From: Macrostomum lignano
Taxonomy: Eukaryota
Direction: 5' to 3'
Assembly (NCBI GenBank): GCA_002269645.1
Contig: NIVC01003675.1
Location: 19,489 to 83,488 of the forward strand
Length of the DNA: 64,000 bases
A program made the position numbers and the translations under genes. This document shows positions 33,426 to 47,200 of this stretch, piece after piece (the first letter of the stretch is position 1; every line of letters starts with the position of its first letter). Under the pieces are notes generated by a model that searched no databases, was not told where the DNA came from, and saw nothing but the letters and a program-made list of their open reading frames with translations.

Positions 33426-36300
33426 AGTCCTGGGCCGCATCTGAGATTGAACTGGACTTTTAACTGGAAATATTATGCATATGCACTATATTTATCCTTA
33501 TAATACGTTGTCATTAAAATCATTAATCAATTGGCATGATTGACTTATCTTGTTGTGCTTTACTTATTGATCTTGTTGATTCTCTGATCGCAATTCACTA
33601 TTTTCCCCCAAAAATCGGCACTATTAAATTTGTTAAAATTCAGCTTTTGTTAAAATTTAAATTTAATTTGAATATTTACTTCCCGGTTTTAGTGAGCTAA
33701 AAACAGATTTCATTTTCTAATCGATTTGTAAACTGACTACTTCATTATACCATTTGATTAAATTATTTTGTTTTTTTTCTCTTTATTTTGATCCCTAATA
33801 AAAATGAACGTTTCGCCTTGCAAATGATTTGAAATCTAAAATCAAACTCGATTATCGTCGTTATTTTCAATAAAAGCTTTCAGAATTATTGTTTTGTTTA
33901 CCAATTGATAGTAATCATTTTGCTTAGCAGTTTTTAAATTTTGACTTTTTAACTTAACATTGGGTTTCAATAGTAGCTTGGTACAGATTTTTTGAAATAA
34001 TTTTGTAAAAGTCTTTTTGCAATCAACAATGACGATTTAAGTCGTCATAAGTTCCTATATAAGCAAATGGAATCATATGCAGATGGTGTCAAGACAGGAT
34101 TAAGATGAAATACAGACTAATCTATACGACGAAATACATCGTTGTATCTACCGAGGAAATCAACAGTTCCGATCATTGAACACTTTATCCATCGACGCAA
34201 ACAACAGATCCTACTAAGATCCTTCTAAGAATCTTTACTTAAAGTGTACATACAGCTGTAGATCACAATATTGGAATAGAAATTTCCACCAAATATGTAC
34301 CTTTATAGCTACAGAATATGCTGTGTGTCCTTGTGTTATGTACTGTCACATAACGATCGGACAGACTATTTTTATATTTTATGATGTCTATTTCAGGTGA
34401 ACCAATTAATTCAGCGAAATAAAAATGAGCACAAAAACTAGAGAATAAAATTATTTCTTTAACGAAATTAGAGTTAGTATAATATCTCTTACTATAATGC
34501 CGTTGTAAAAAATAACAAAATAGCTAGGCTACCGATTATCTAAGCTAAAATGAATTCTTTGGGCAGCAAAAGCTAAAAATATGCATTAGTTTTTAAAATT
34601 AAGATGCCTAAAGCAGTCAGGTAAATCAATAGTCAAATCGCAGAAAACATTTGTGTTTGGCACCGTTTGCCAAAACATTTCTTGGAAACACCTGACAACT
34701 TAGAAAAATGGACTGATTTAGGAATTTTAGGACAGCGTCCAGCGATATTATAGATCCGCTGTTTTTGGTTATCTGAGTCTATGTCTGTCCTGGCTAGGCG
34801 ACCTAGGTTTACACTATAGTACATGTATGCTCATTCAATTTAACACACAAATCGATTCAATTTAAACTAGGCCTACTGTCTACAGATAACAGACAGTTAT
34901 GAGTTACAACACTTATTTTTTATTATTTTTCGTTTTTGTACTCTTCTTTCTTAACTATTTTCTATTTTACCTAGTCCTAAAACTACTGCTTAGGTGTTTA
35001 TCTAGGTTAGGCTTAGCATTTGTTATCAAATATAAAATCCTATGCCAAATCATATAGCTAGGCCTAGGCTATGGGTTGGCTATGCCTAGGCTATGCTAGG
35101 CCTAAGCAGTTTTAAAACTTTTGTGTTACATTATAAGTGTTACATTTTAATTGTAGGCAGATCGTATGGTTGGAGTGTGCCATCAATATTCAATATTAAT
35201 CATACTCAGGATCATATCATTTGTTGGATTTGTGCTAGTGTATATGGAAATGGATCATGTATCTGTGTTGTGTACACCAGACCAAATTTGGACGTCAAGA
35301 ACTTTGTATACCAATGTACGCCAAAAACAAAATGTTGTGCTAAAATGTACACCAAAAATTCCTAAAAAAGGTAATACAATTTTCATAAGTTTTCTAAGAA
35401 AGGCTTTTGTATGAAAAGTGTTTTTAAAATATTATGAATATTTTAAACTTAAACAAACTTAAATTTATACCTACAAAAATATGATGCAAAATGATACTCT
35501 TAGTCTTAGCAAAAATTTACACTAATTTTATTCATTGTTAATTTCAAAAGAAGCAAAAATTTTATCACTGACAATACAACTTTTCTGTTATTTTATATAA
35601 AAATGTTAATTTAGATTACAATTTTCAAGCATGGCATGAATTTATTCACCAAAATTTGTATGCCAAAAAAGTATGCGTGGCTGTGTTACTTGTGTATGCC
35701 AATGGTGAATCCAACAAAGTTTGGCAGGGGTTGTGTAGGCTATGCCGAATGTGTATACCAAAGACTTAGGGTGGACGTTTTATATGCCGGAACTTTCTGG
35801 TGTACATGCATACTATCCGCAACCTCGGATTTGTGCCAGAAATTTCTAGCATACATTTATGATAGCTAGGGCTAGTGTATAAGGCCTAGATAGGCCTACT
35901 TGGTGCCCCAATGGCAGTGCATAGGCATCTAGCGTGGATTAGCCTTGCACAGTGTGGTGAAGTAGCAGGAGGCAACAGGACTACAGCTAAAAAGTGTAAA
36001 GTGCTCCCCTGTCTATTGGGGATATAGTTATTTCATCTGTTGTCAATTTGTCTACTGGCAAAAAATGACTAGGTAGGAGTGTTGATTGTTTGTTTTAGCA
36101 ATAAGGTGCATATTTTGTAGTTGAAAACATGATTAGATAATTAATTCATGCATAATTTAGTCACTAATATTTAAAGCAAAGTGAAGCAATTTGTTATAGT
36201 TTGTTTATATGTTATATAGTTTAATTTAAAATAGGGCCTACATTTCTTACTATGATTTCCTAAATGTTTTAACTGTGATTTCTAAACATTTTAACTGTGA

Positions 36301-39300
36301 TCCAATATACTAAAAATGAAAATCTTGCTTGCTTGTAATCGATTAGAGAAAAAATGGCTGGACCGATTTTGTTCGAACTTGCACTGTTTGATCAGAAATT
36401 TTCCCGTGACTGTACATGCATCGTGGCTAAGAAATTGCTCGATGCTAAAGGCATTAAATATTCGAAAAACATGCTTTCTTGCAAAGGTCAAGCAGCTCTT
36501 TCGACTTGAAATGCATTGTAAGAATGCTAGAGAAAAAACTGACTGGTTGAATTCTGATTCTGAAATAGATTGCATCATAACTGAATTGTACCTCCGACTT
36601 GAATTGAAAATACAGTGTGGAAGCGTAGCACCAGACTTGATTTAAATTGCGTAACCATATTGTTAACTGATACTGACTGACTGAGAAACTGATTATGTCA
36701 TAACTGCTTCGTGTGATTTACTCTATGCTTGGATTTTAAAGTGTTGAATTATATAAGTGCAAAATTTGATGTTATCAAAACGATGAGAGCTAGCCTAGAG
36801 GTGAACAAACTGAACTGCCAAATGCAGCGACGATGGTTCGAATTTTCATAGAGTACAATTTTTTTAATTAAAGCTTTTCAACGTCAGGAAAACTAAAAGA
36901 CTTTTTAAAAAGAAGCATCATGTAAAAAATCATAGAAGCGTCATATAAAAATCATAGAAGCGTCATGTAAAAAATCATAGAAGTGTCATGTAAACAATCA
37001 TAGAAGCGTCATGTAAAAAATCATAGAAGCGTCATGTAAAAAATCATAGAAGCGTCATGTAAACAATCATAGAAGCGTCATGTAAACAATCATAGAAGCG
37101 TCATTTAAAAAATCATAGAAGCGCCATGTAAAAAATCGTAGAAGCGTTATATAAAAATCATAGAAGTGTCATTTTTAAAAAATCATAGAAGCGTTGTGTA
37201 AACAGTCATAGAAGTGTCATGTAAACAATCATAGAAGCATCATTTTTAAAAAATCATAGAAGTGTCATGTAAACAATCATAGAAGCGTCATGTAAACAAT
37301 CATAGAAGCGTCATGTAAACAATCATAGAAGCGTCATGTAAACAATCATAGAAGCGTCATGTAAACAATCCTAGAAGCGTCATGTAAACAATCATAGAAA
37401 CGTAATGTAAACAATCATAGAAGCGTCACGAAACAATCATAGAAGCGTCATGTAAACAATCATAGAAGCGTCATGTAAAAATCATAGAAGCGTCATGTAA
37501 AAATCATAGAAGCGTCATGAAGCAATCATAGAAGCGTCATGTAAAAATCATAAAAGCGTCATGTAAACAATCATAGAAGCGTCATGTAAACAATCATAGA
37601 AGCGTCATGTAAACAATCATAGAAGCGTCATGTAAACAATCCTAGAAGCGTCATGTAAACAATCATAGAAGCGTCATGTAAACAATCATAGAAGCGTCAT
37701 GTAAACAATCATAGAAACGTAATGTAAACAATCATAGAAGCGTCACGAAACAATCATAGAAGCGTCATGTAAACAATCATAGAAGCGTCATGTAAACAAT
37801 CATAGAAACGTCATGTAAACAATCATAGAAGCGTCATGAAGCAATCATAGAAGCGTCATGTAAAAATCATAAAAGCATCATGTAAAAAATCGTAGAAGCG
37901 TCATGTAAACAATCATAGAAGCGTCATGTAAACAATCATAGAAGCGTCATGTAAAAAATCGTAGAAGCGTCATTTTTAAAAAATCATAAAAGCGTCATGT
38001 AAACAATCATAAAAGCGTCATGTAAACAATCATAGAAGCGTCATGTAAAAAATGGTAGAAGCGTCATGTAAACAATCATAGAAGCGTCATGTAAACAATC
38101 ATAAAAGCGTCATGTAAACAATCATAGAAGCGTCATGTAAACAATCATAGAAGCGTCATGAAAAAATCATAGAAGCGTCATATAAAAATCATAGAAGCGT
38201 CATGTAAAAAATCATAAAAGCGTCATGTAAAAAATCATAGAAGCGTCATGTAAAAAATCTTATAAGCGTCATGTAAACAATCATAGAAGCGTCATGTAAA
38301 CAATCATAGAAGCGTCATGTAAAAAATCGTAGAAGCGTCATGTAAAAAATCTTAGAAGCGTCATGTAAACAATCATAGAAGCGTCATGTAAACAATCATA
38401 GAAGCGTCATGTAAAAAATCGTAGAAGCGTCATGTAAAAAATCTTAGAAGCGTCATGTAAACAATCATAGAAGCGTCATGTAAACAATCATAGAAGCGTC
38501 ATGTAAACAATCATACAAGCGCCATGTAAAAAATCATAAAAGCGTCATGTAAAAAATCTTAGAAGCATCATGTAAAAAATCATAAAAGCGTCATGTAAAC
38601 AATCATAGAAGCGTCATGTAAAAAATCTTAGAAGCGTCATGTAAACAATCATAAAAGCGTCATGTAAACAATCATAGAAGCGTCATGTAAAAAATGGTAG
38701 AAGCGTCATGTAAACAATCATAGAAGCGTCATGTAAACAATCATAAAAGCGTCATGTAAACAATCATAGAAGCGTCATGTAAACAATCATAGAAGCGTCA
38801 TGAAAAAATCATAGAAGCGTCATATAAAAATCATAGAAGCGTCATGTAAAAAATCATAGAAGCGTCATGTAAACAATCATAGAAGCGTCATGTAAACAAT
38901 CATAGAAGCGTCATGTAAACAATCATAGAAGCGTCATGTAAACAATCATACAAGCGCCATGTAAAAAATCATAAAAGCGTCATGTAAACAATCATAAAAG
39001 CGTCATGTAAAAAATCGTAGAAGCGTCATGTAAAAAATCTTATAAGCGTCATGTAAACAATCATAGAAGCGTCATGTAAACAATCATAGAAGCGTCATGT
39101 AAAAAATCGTAGAAGCGTCATGTAAAAAATCTTAGAAGCGTCATGTAAACAATCATAGAAGCGTCATGTAAACAATCATAGAAGCGTCATGTAAAAAATC
39201 GTAGAAGCGTCATGTAAAAAATCTTAGAAGCGTCATGTAAACAATCATAGAAGCGTCATGTAAACAATCATAGAAGCGTCATGTAAACAATCATAAAAGC

Positions 39301-42300
39301 GTCATGTAAAAAATCGTAGAAGCGTCATGTAAAAAATCTTAGAAGCGTCATGTAAAAAATCATAAAAGCGTCATGTAAACAATCATAGAAGCGTCATGTA
39401 AAAAATCTTAGAAGCGTCATGTAAACAATCATAGAAGAGTCATGTAAAAAATCATAGAAGCGTCATGTAAAAAGCATAGAAGCGTCATATAAACAATCAT
39501 AGAAGCGTCATATAAAAAATCATAGAAGCGTCATGTAAACAATCATGGAAGCGTCATGTAAAAATCATAGAGGTGTCATGTAAAAATCATTGAAGCGTCC
39601 TGCAGAAATCGTAGAAGCGTCATGAAATAATCATAGAAGCATAATGAAAAAAATTATAGAAGCGTCATGTAAAAAATCATAGAAGCGTCATGTAAAAAAT
39701 CATAGAAGCATCGTGTAAACAATCATAGAAGCGTCATGTAAAAAATCATAGAAGCGTCATGTAAAAAATCATAGAAGCGTCATATAAACAATCATAAAAG
39801 CGTCATGTAAACAATCATAGAAGCGTCATGTAAAAATCATAGAAGTGTCATGTAAAAAATCATAGAAGCGTCGTGTAAAAAATCATAGAAGCGTCATCTA
39901 AAACATCATAAAAGCGTCATGTAAAAAATCGTAGAAGCGTCATTTAAAAAATCATAGAAGCGTCATATAAACAATCATAGAAGCGTCATGTAAACAATCA
40001 TAAAAGCGCCATGTAAACAATCATAGAAGTGTCATGTAAACAATCATAGAAGCGTCATGTAAACAATCATAGAAGCGTCATGTAAACAATCATAGAAGCG
40101 TCATGTAAACAATCATACAAGCGCCATGTAAAAAATCATAAAAGCGTCATGTAAACAATCATAAAAGCGTCATGTAAAAAATCGTAGAAGCGTCATGTAA
40201 AAAATCTTAGAAGCGTCATGTAAACAATCATAGAAGCGTCATGTAAACAATCATAAAAGCGTCATGTAAAAAATCGTAGAAGCGTCATGTAAAAAATCTT
40301 AGAAGCGTCATGTAAACAATCATAGAAGCGTCATGTAAACAATCATAGAAGCGTCATGTAAAAAATCGTAGAAGCGTCATGTAAAAAATCTTAGAAGCGT
40401 CATGTAAACAATCATAGAAGCGTCATGTAAACAATCATAGAAGCGTCATGTAAACAATCATAGAAGCGTCATGTAAAAAATCGTAGAAGCGTCATGTAAA
40501 AAATCTTAGAAGCGTCATGTAAAAAATCATAAAAGCGTCATGTAAACAATCATAGAAGCGTCATGTAAAAAATCTTAGAAGCGTCATGTAAACAATCATA
40601 GAAGAGTCATGTAAAAAATCATAGAAGCGTCATGTAAAAAGCATAGAAGCGTCATATAAACAATCATAGAAGCGTCATATAAAAAATCATAGAAGCGTCA
40701 TGTAAACAATCATAGAAGCGTCATGTAAAAATCATAGAGGTGTCATGTAAAAATCATTGAAGCATCCTGCAGAAATCGTAGAAGCGTCATGAAATAATCA
40801 TAGTAGCATCATGTAAAAAATCATAGAAGCGTCATGTAAAAAATCATAGAAGCGTCATGTAAAAAATCATAGAAGCATCGTGTAAACAATCATAGAAGCG
40901 TCATGTAAAAAATCATAGAAGCGTCATGTAAAAAATCATAGAAGCGTCATATAAACAATCATAGAAGCGTCATGTTAACAATCATAGAAGCGTCATGTAA
41001 AAATCATAGAAGCGTCATGTAAAAAATCATAGAAGCGTCGTGTAAACAATCATAGAAGCGTCATGTAAAAAATCATAGAAGCGTCATGTAAAAAATCATA
41101 GAAGCGTCATCTAAAACATCATAAAAGCGTCATGTAAAAAATCGTAGAAGCGTCATTTAAGAAATCATAGAAGCGTCATATAAACAATCATAGAAGCGTC
41201 ATGTAAACAATCATAGAAGCGCCATGTAAACAATCATAGAAGCGTCATGTAAACAATCATAGAAGCGTCATGTAAACAATCATAGAAGCGTCATGTAAAC
41301 AATCATACAAGCGCCATGTAAAAAATCATAAAAGCGTCATGTAAACAATCATAAAAGCGTCATGTAAAAAATCGTAGAAGCGTCATGTAAAAATCTTAGA
41401 AGCGTCATGTAAACAATCATAGAAGCGTCATGTAAACAATCATAGAAGCGTCATGTAAAAAATCGTAGAAGCGTCATGTAAAAAATCTTAGAAGCGTCAT
41501 GTAAAAAATCATAGAAGCGTCATCTAAAACATCATAAAAGCGTCATGTAAAAAATCGTAGAAGCGTCATTTAAAAAATCATAGAAGCGTCATATAAACAA
41601 TCATAGAAGCGTCATGTAAACAATCATAGAAGCGCCATGTAAACAATCATAGAAGCGTCATGTAAACAATCATAGAAGCGTCATATAAAAATCATAGAAG
41701 CGTCATTTAAAAAATCATAGAAGCGTCATGTAAACAATCATAGAAGCGTCATGTAAACAATCATAGAAGCGTCATGTAAAAAATCATAGAAGCGTCATGT
41801 AAACAATCATGGAAGCGTCATGTAAAAATCATAGAAGAGTCATGTAAAAAATCATAGAAGCATCGTGTAAACAATCATAGAAGCGTCATGTAAAAAATCG
41901 TAAGAGCGTAATATAAAAATCATAGAAGCGTCATTTAAAAAATCATAGAGGCGTAATATAAAAATCAAAAAACGTCATTTAAAAAATCATAGAAGCGTCA
42001 TGTAAACAATCATAGAAGCGTCATGTAAACAATCATAGAAGAGTCATGTAAACAATCATAGAAGCGTCATGTAAAAAATCATAGAAGCGTCATGTAAAAA
42101 ATCATAGAAGCGTCATCTAAAACATCATAAAAGCGTCATGTAAAAAATCGTCGAAGCGTCATTTAAAAAATCATAGAAGCGTCATATAAACAATCATAGA
42201 AGCGCCATGTAAACAATCATAGAAGCGCCATGTAAAAATCATAGAAGCATCGTGTAAACAATCATAGAAGCGTCATGTAAAAAATCGTAAGAGCGTAATA

Positions 42301-43726
42301 TAAAAATCATAGAAGCGTCATTTAAAAAATCATAGAAGCGTCATGTAAACAATCATAGAAGCGTCATGTAAACAATCATAGAAGCGTCATGTTAAAAATC
42401 ATAGAAGCGTCATGTAAAAAATCATAGAAGCGTCATGTAAACAATCATAGAAGCGTCATTTTAAAAATCATAGAAGCGTCATGTTAAAAATCATATAAGC
42501 GTCATGTAAACAATCATCGAAGCGTCATCTAAAAATCATAGAAGCGTCATGTAAAAAATCATAGAATCGTCATGAAAAAATCATAGAAGCGTCATTTAAA
42601 AACTAATGAAAGTGTCATTTAAAAAATTAAGAAGCATCATAGTAGAATAAAAGAAGCGTCATGTCAGACATGAAAGGTGTCATGGAAAAATTAAATGCAG
42701 CTATAATGCTGTGCTGGGGAGAAAAACTGAGACGTCAAGGCTCTCAGAGAATAACTGAGATTACGGGGGGGGTTTCTGAAATGTCAAAGCAAAAGTCAGA
42801 AGCTAATTCAAAGTTCATGTACTTTACTCAATTTTTTTTATTGCATTCTTTGTTGGCTCGCCACGGGAGGCGCTGATAGAAGAAGAGTCATGTAAAAAAT
42901 AAAAGTAGCACTATGTATACATAAAAGAAAAGTCATGTCGAAGTTAAAAGATTCATTTGGGAATTGCTACGATGTCAAAGCTAAGTGGAAATCGTTATAG
43001 TGCTGTGATTCTTAAAGAAGGAATCACTAAAATGTCAAGGCTTAGGGGAGAAGAATTGCTGAGATTTCAAGGCTTTATGTTGGGTTAAAGTTAGGTTTAG
43101 GTCAGGTGTGGGTTGAGGGTTATATTTTATCGAGTTTCAAGGTTAGCAGGGGATTTTTCAGATTTCAAGGTTTATGGGCGCCATCGCTGACATGTTAAGG
43201 CTTACGGGGGGAATAGCTGAGATGTCAAGGCTCACGGGGGTATAAATGAGATTTCAAGGCTAAAGTCAGAAGCTACATGTAGTTTATTGAAAACTTTTTA
43301 TTACATTATTTGATGCCTCCTCAGGGGAGGGATCGCTGATTAAAAAAGCGTAATGTAAAAAATAAAAGAAGCTTCATGTCGAAGTTAAGATATTCATTTG
43401 GGAATCCCTACGATGTCGAGGCTTGCAGGGAATCGCTATAATGCTGTAGTAGTGCTATAATGACTCTTAAAGAGAATTACTGAAATTTCAATGCTTTAGG
43501 GTTAGGTTAGGGTTAGGGTTAGAAGGTTGACAGATATTTTTAGATTTCCAAGGAGATGTCAAGGGGGGAAGTTGATATGTTAAAGCTTGTGGGGGGGAAT
43601 TACTGACATGTCAAGGCTTACAAGGTTTGATAGGAGATTTTTTAAGATTTCAAGGATACATGTAGCTTATTAAAAAAACGTGTATTGCATTTCTTTGGCT
43701 CCCCAACGGGGGGCGTAGATTGCTAG
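36301..43726 (+). mobile_element. Candidate non-autonomous Helitron (7.4 kb) carrying a satellite array
   Basis: 5' A|TC at 36300/36301 followed by CAATATACTAAAAATG...GGCTGGACCGATTT. 3' hairpin GCTCCCC-AAC-GGGGGGC (43698-43714), 8 nt before CTAG|T (43723-43727). Pairing of the two ends is inferred. Confidence 0.55.
36905..42660. repeat. 22/23-bp satellite (CATAGAAGCGTCATGTAAAC/AAAT), about 250 monomers, with higher-order repeats
   Basis: Continuous array of about 5.75 kb; rare variants recur at 1167-bp and 642-bp spacing. Confidence 0.98.
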
Positions 43727-44422
43727 TTTATTTCTAAATGTTTCAACTGTAGTCTCAGTCTATAACTTTTAACTTTAACATTTTAAATTTTTACATATTA
43801 AATTTTTATATTTTATGTCTACTTTTTCTTTTCAATTATGGAAAGTTAGCAAATTTTGATTTCAATAGAAAATGCTCTTTTAAAATATCTCAAATAATCC
43901 TAAAGCGTGGTAAAATAGTTTGACTCTTTTCTAAAGTGCATGTCTGCAGGTTTTTAATATTTATTCTAATAGGGCTTTTATTGGACAAAACAGCAGACAA
44001 ACCGTCCACCCTAGCATAGACCTCCAGCTGACAAATTGACAGTAGACAAAATTACTTGCAACTAATTCTATTGTGCCACTGTGACACAGTTAGTCTATTA
44101 TAGTAGATTACATATTGAAGTATTCATCAAAAAATTCAGGCATATATTGGTCTTGCACACTAAAAGTTGGCATGCACAGTTTGTATATAGAACTCTTAAG
44201 AAAATAGTATGAGTGTACACCTGGCATGTACTTCATAGAATCATATGGAAGAGTTAGTATTAAATAGAAAAATATCATTTCAAAAAGTTTATTTTTAAGC
44301 CTAAATTTTAAGCTTTCCAATTTATAAGCTCATAACATTTTATTTTGCAACATAGCATTTTGTATAATAGCTTGTAACATCAATTTTCCACTAAAGATAA
44401 TCTAGGCAAGAAAGAAAAAAAG

Positions 44423-46002
44423 TAGCATTCTACCATAATTATGGCTACAGTTACGGGAAAGTTCGGGGTGACACTTTTTTAAACAAAATTTGGTTACAGA
44501 TTGTGGCTATGGAGATATTGCCAATTGGCGGCTATGGTTATGGATTACAGAGATTTGGAGCACCATATGTAATTTCCTGTAACAATATAAATTAAATACA
44601 AATTCTCTTTTTTTGTAAAGAAAGTTATTTTTATTTAAATTTTTATATTCTTGGCTAGATAAATATGAGGGATGTCCCAAAAGTTCCCGGAATGTCTAAA
44701 GTAGCTCTTCAACAGAGCCATGAAATTTTACACCCATGGTTTCAAATGAAAGGAATTTTGTCACAAAAAACAAATTTAAAATCATGTTGATATCTTTTTC
44801 TACTCAGGAGCTACAGCAAGAAAGTGTGCAAAGGTCAGGGGTAATATTACACAACCTCACATATCAATGAAAAAATTTTTTATCTCTATTTTTGGATATT
44901 TTCATTTTGAATTCGTGCTACTAATGTGTTAGAAAGACATGGTAGTGTCTATGGAAAAAAGCAGAAATTCTCATAAAGCTAATCTGAGCTTTTGCATGTG
45001 CAAGTGCAGATAATTTGTAGCAAGCGCTTGCTTTCAACTTGAAATTTCTTTGTGGAAATAAGGTCTCCTCAGAGCCTTGAAAGTCAGCAAAGTCAAGTTT
45101 TTGCCCTTTGGTCAGTAGGATGGAGTGGAGCCTGACCACTTATTCTCTATCCATGGTGAAAACAACCTTAAAAAATTGCCATTTATGGATGGATCAAAGA
45201 GATGGCCAGTCTGCTATGAATGATCAGCCACGCTCTGGCTGTCCTTGCACATTGGGTGGTAAGACAGATTGAAACAGTTTTGCCCAGGCCATCAATGGCA
45301 TGCTTTCAAGGTGGCAGCAGTATGTCCAGCTGAATGGGGACTACGTGGAGAAGCCACAGGTTGAGCTTGACGATTCGCTTTGAATTTTGAGTTGGTGCAT
45401 GCCCTAAGGATTCATCAACGGTATGAACTGTTCTGTGTTTTTTTTGTTTAAAATCATTGCCATAGATTTTTGAGATTTTGTAACACTACCCCTGACCTTT
45501 GCGCACGTTTCTTGCTGCAGCTCCTGAGTAGAAAAAGATATCAACATGATTTTAACTTTGTTTTCTTTGTGACAAAATTTCCCCTTTCATTTGACACCAT
45601 GAGTGTGAAATTTCATGGCTCTGTTGAAGAGCTACATTAGACATTCCGGGAACTTTTGGGACACCCCTCGTAGATAAATTACTGGCTATCTCATATTAAA
45701 TGCATTTATATTTGTTGTACCAAACTAAATCTATTATATTAAAATCTCTATAGATTACTAAATTTGAAGTTTTTGCTTTAATGGCTTGATCTCACTTTCA
45801 CTTTAGCCTTACATTTTTGCTTTTCACTTTGGAAATTAGTAGTTTTTGTTAATTTTGTTAATTTTTAATATGGCTACAGAAAAATTTAGATTACAGAGAT
45901 TTGACTATCTAAAACATAACAAATTACGGCTATGGAGATGGCATGATAAAATTCGGTATAGCTACAGCTACAGAGATACAAAGGTGCAGTGGTAGAACAC
46001 TA
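44423..46002. mobile_element. Degenerate hAT-like non-autonomous element interrupted by the mariner derivative
   Basis: Ends TAGCATTCTACCA and TGGTAGAACACTA; flanking 8-mers AAAAAAAG and ATAAAAGG (6/8 match); GGCTACAG/TTACAGAGAT motifs on both sides of the inner element. Confidence 0.4.
44666..45670 (+). mobile_element. Internally deleted mariner derivative with about 190-bp TIRs and a TA TSD
   Basis: TA at 44664-44665 and 45671-45672; 44666-44851 is inverted at 45479-45670. Interior transposase relics: HGENNLK, IYGWIK, MNDQPRSGCP, INGMLSRWQQYVQLNGDYVEK. Confidence 0.88.
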
Positions 46003-47019
46003 ATAAAAGGCAACCAAATTATTTGCCAAAAAGGATTCTTTAGCCTTTAAGCCTACTAATACTAAAAAGGTAATTTATTATTGCAACTCGCAATGTAAAA
46101 AAGAAAAGGGTAGGTGTGCACTAAATTTTTTTGGCATGCATTTGTAACTATTCAATTTTTGTTTGGGCATGCACTAAGCATGATATAGACTATGGCAATT
46201 AGTATGGATGTCTGACACTACCATGCATTGCAATAAGGCTTGGTATACCATTTTTTGTAATGCCACACTTAGAGAAATGGCAGCTGTGTCTATATCTATA
46301 ATCTAAAAACTTATAAAAATGGCAGCCATGTCTCTAATATTAAACCTTATAAAGTCAGCAACTTTGTCTAAGACTAAGCCTATATAATATAGAATGCATC
46401 TCATACTAAAGATAGCAGCCCTGTCTATAATACCTGCATAGTGCTAGCAGCAGTGTCATTAATATTGAATAGCAAATTTATTTCCATAATTTAAAGTAAT
46501 AGTAGCTACCATGTGTGCTTAATATTAAGGCCTATAGACATAGCAGTATTGGCAGACATGCCTATAAGCTCCAACATTATAGACATGGCCACCATGTCTA
46601 TAATTATTCCATTTTTTGTAATGTCTCATAGTGTACATATGCCTAAATTTTTATATATATCATATACTATATGGTGCACATTGTGGGACATACACTTATT
46701 CTAGACCTAGATAAGGCTATGCCATATTTTTATTGTTTATAAAGACTTTGTTTATGTTTTTGCTCTATATAAATTTTGGTATCAATGCTAGGGTAAGCTA
46801 GGGCTATAATATTTAAGATTTACCATTGGCATTAGTGCATTTTGCCTAGTGTACCAGGTATAAAATAAAAATATTTTTGAGTAACTTCTAGCATATATAT
46901 TATATAATATGATCCTGACAATGGGGAATTGGGAGCTTTTATAAATGCAACCATGAATTGTGTTCTCTAGAATGCTTTTATGGCACTTAATACACATCAA
47001 CTTTATTAACCTTTGACTA

Positions 47020-47200
47020 TTCTCTCTCTTCTCATTTCTTCTTTTCCCTTTTCTCTCTTCTTTCTCTTTTTTCTTTCCCCATTTTCTTTTTTCTTTCCTC
47101 TCATTCATGTCTCCTTTCTTTTTACATTCTTTTGCTTTTCCCTTCTTTCTCTTTTTTCCCTTTTTCCTTTCTCTCTTCTTTTTCCTTACTATTTTTAATG
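47020..47200. repeat. CT-rich low-complexity tract
   Basis: Polypyrimidine run, directly visible. Confidence 0.8.

Noticed and set aside
36905-42660. Possible CRISPR-like array
   Set aside because: Contiguous near-identical monomers with no unique spacers, no cas genes, and a eukaryotic context.
43495-43522. Short (TTAGGG)-like run, plus TAGGGTTA/TAGGGTCA cores in the 50580-51485 repeat
   Set aside because: Only about four imperfect units; insufficient to call an interstitial telomere or healing site.
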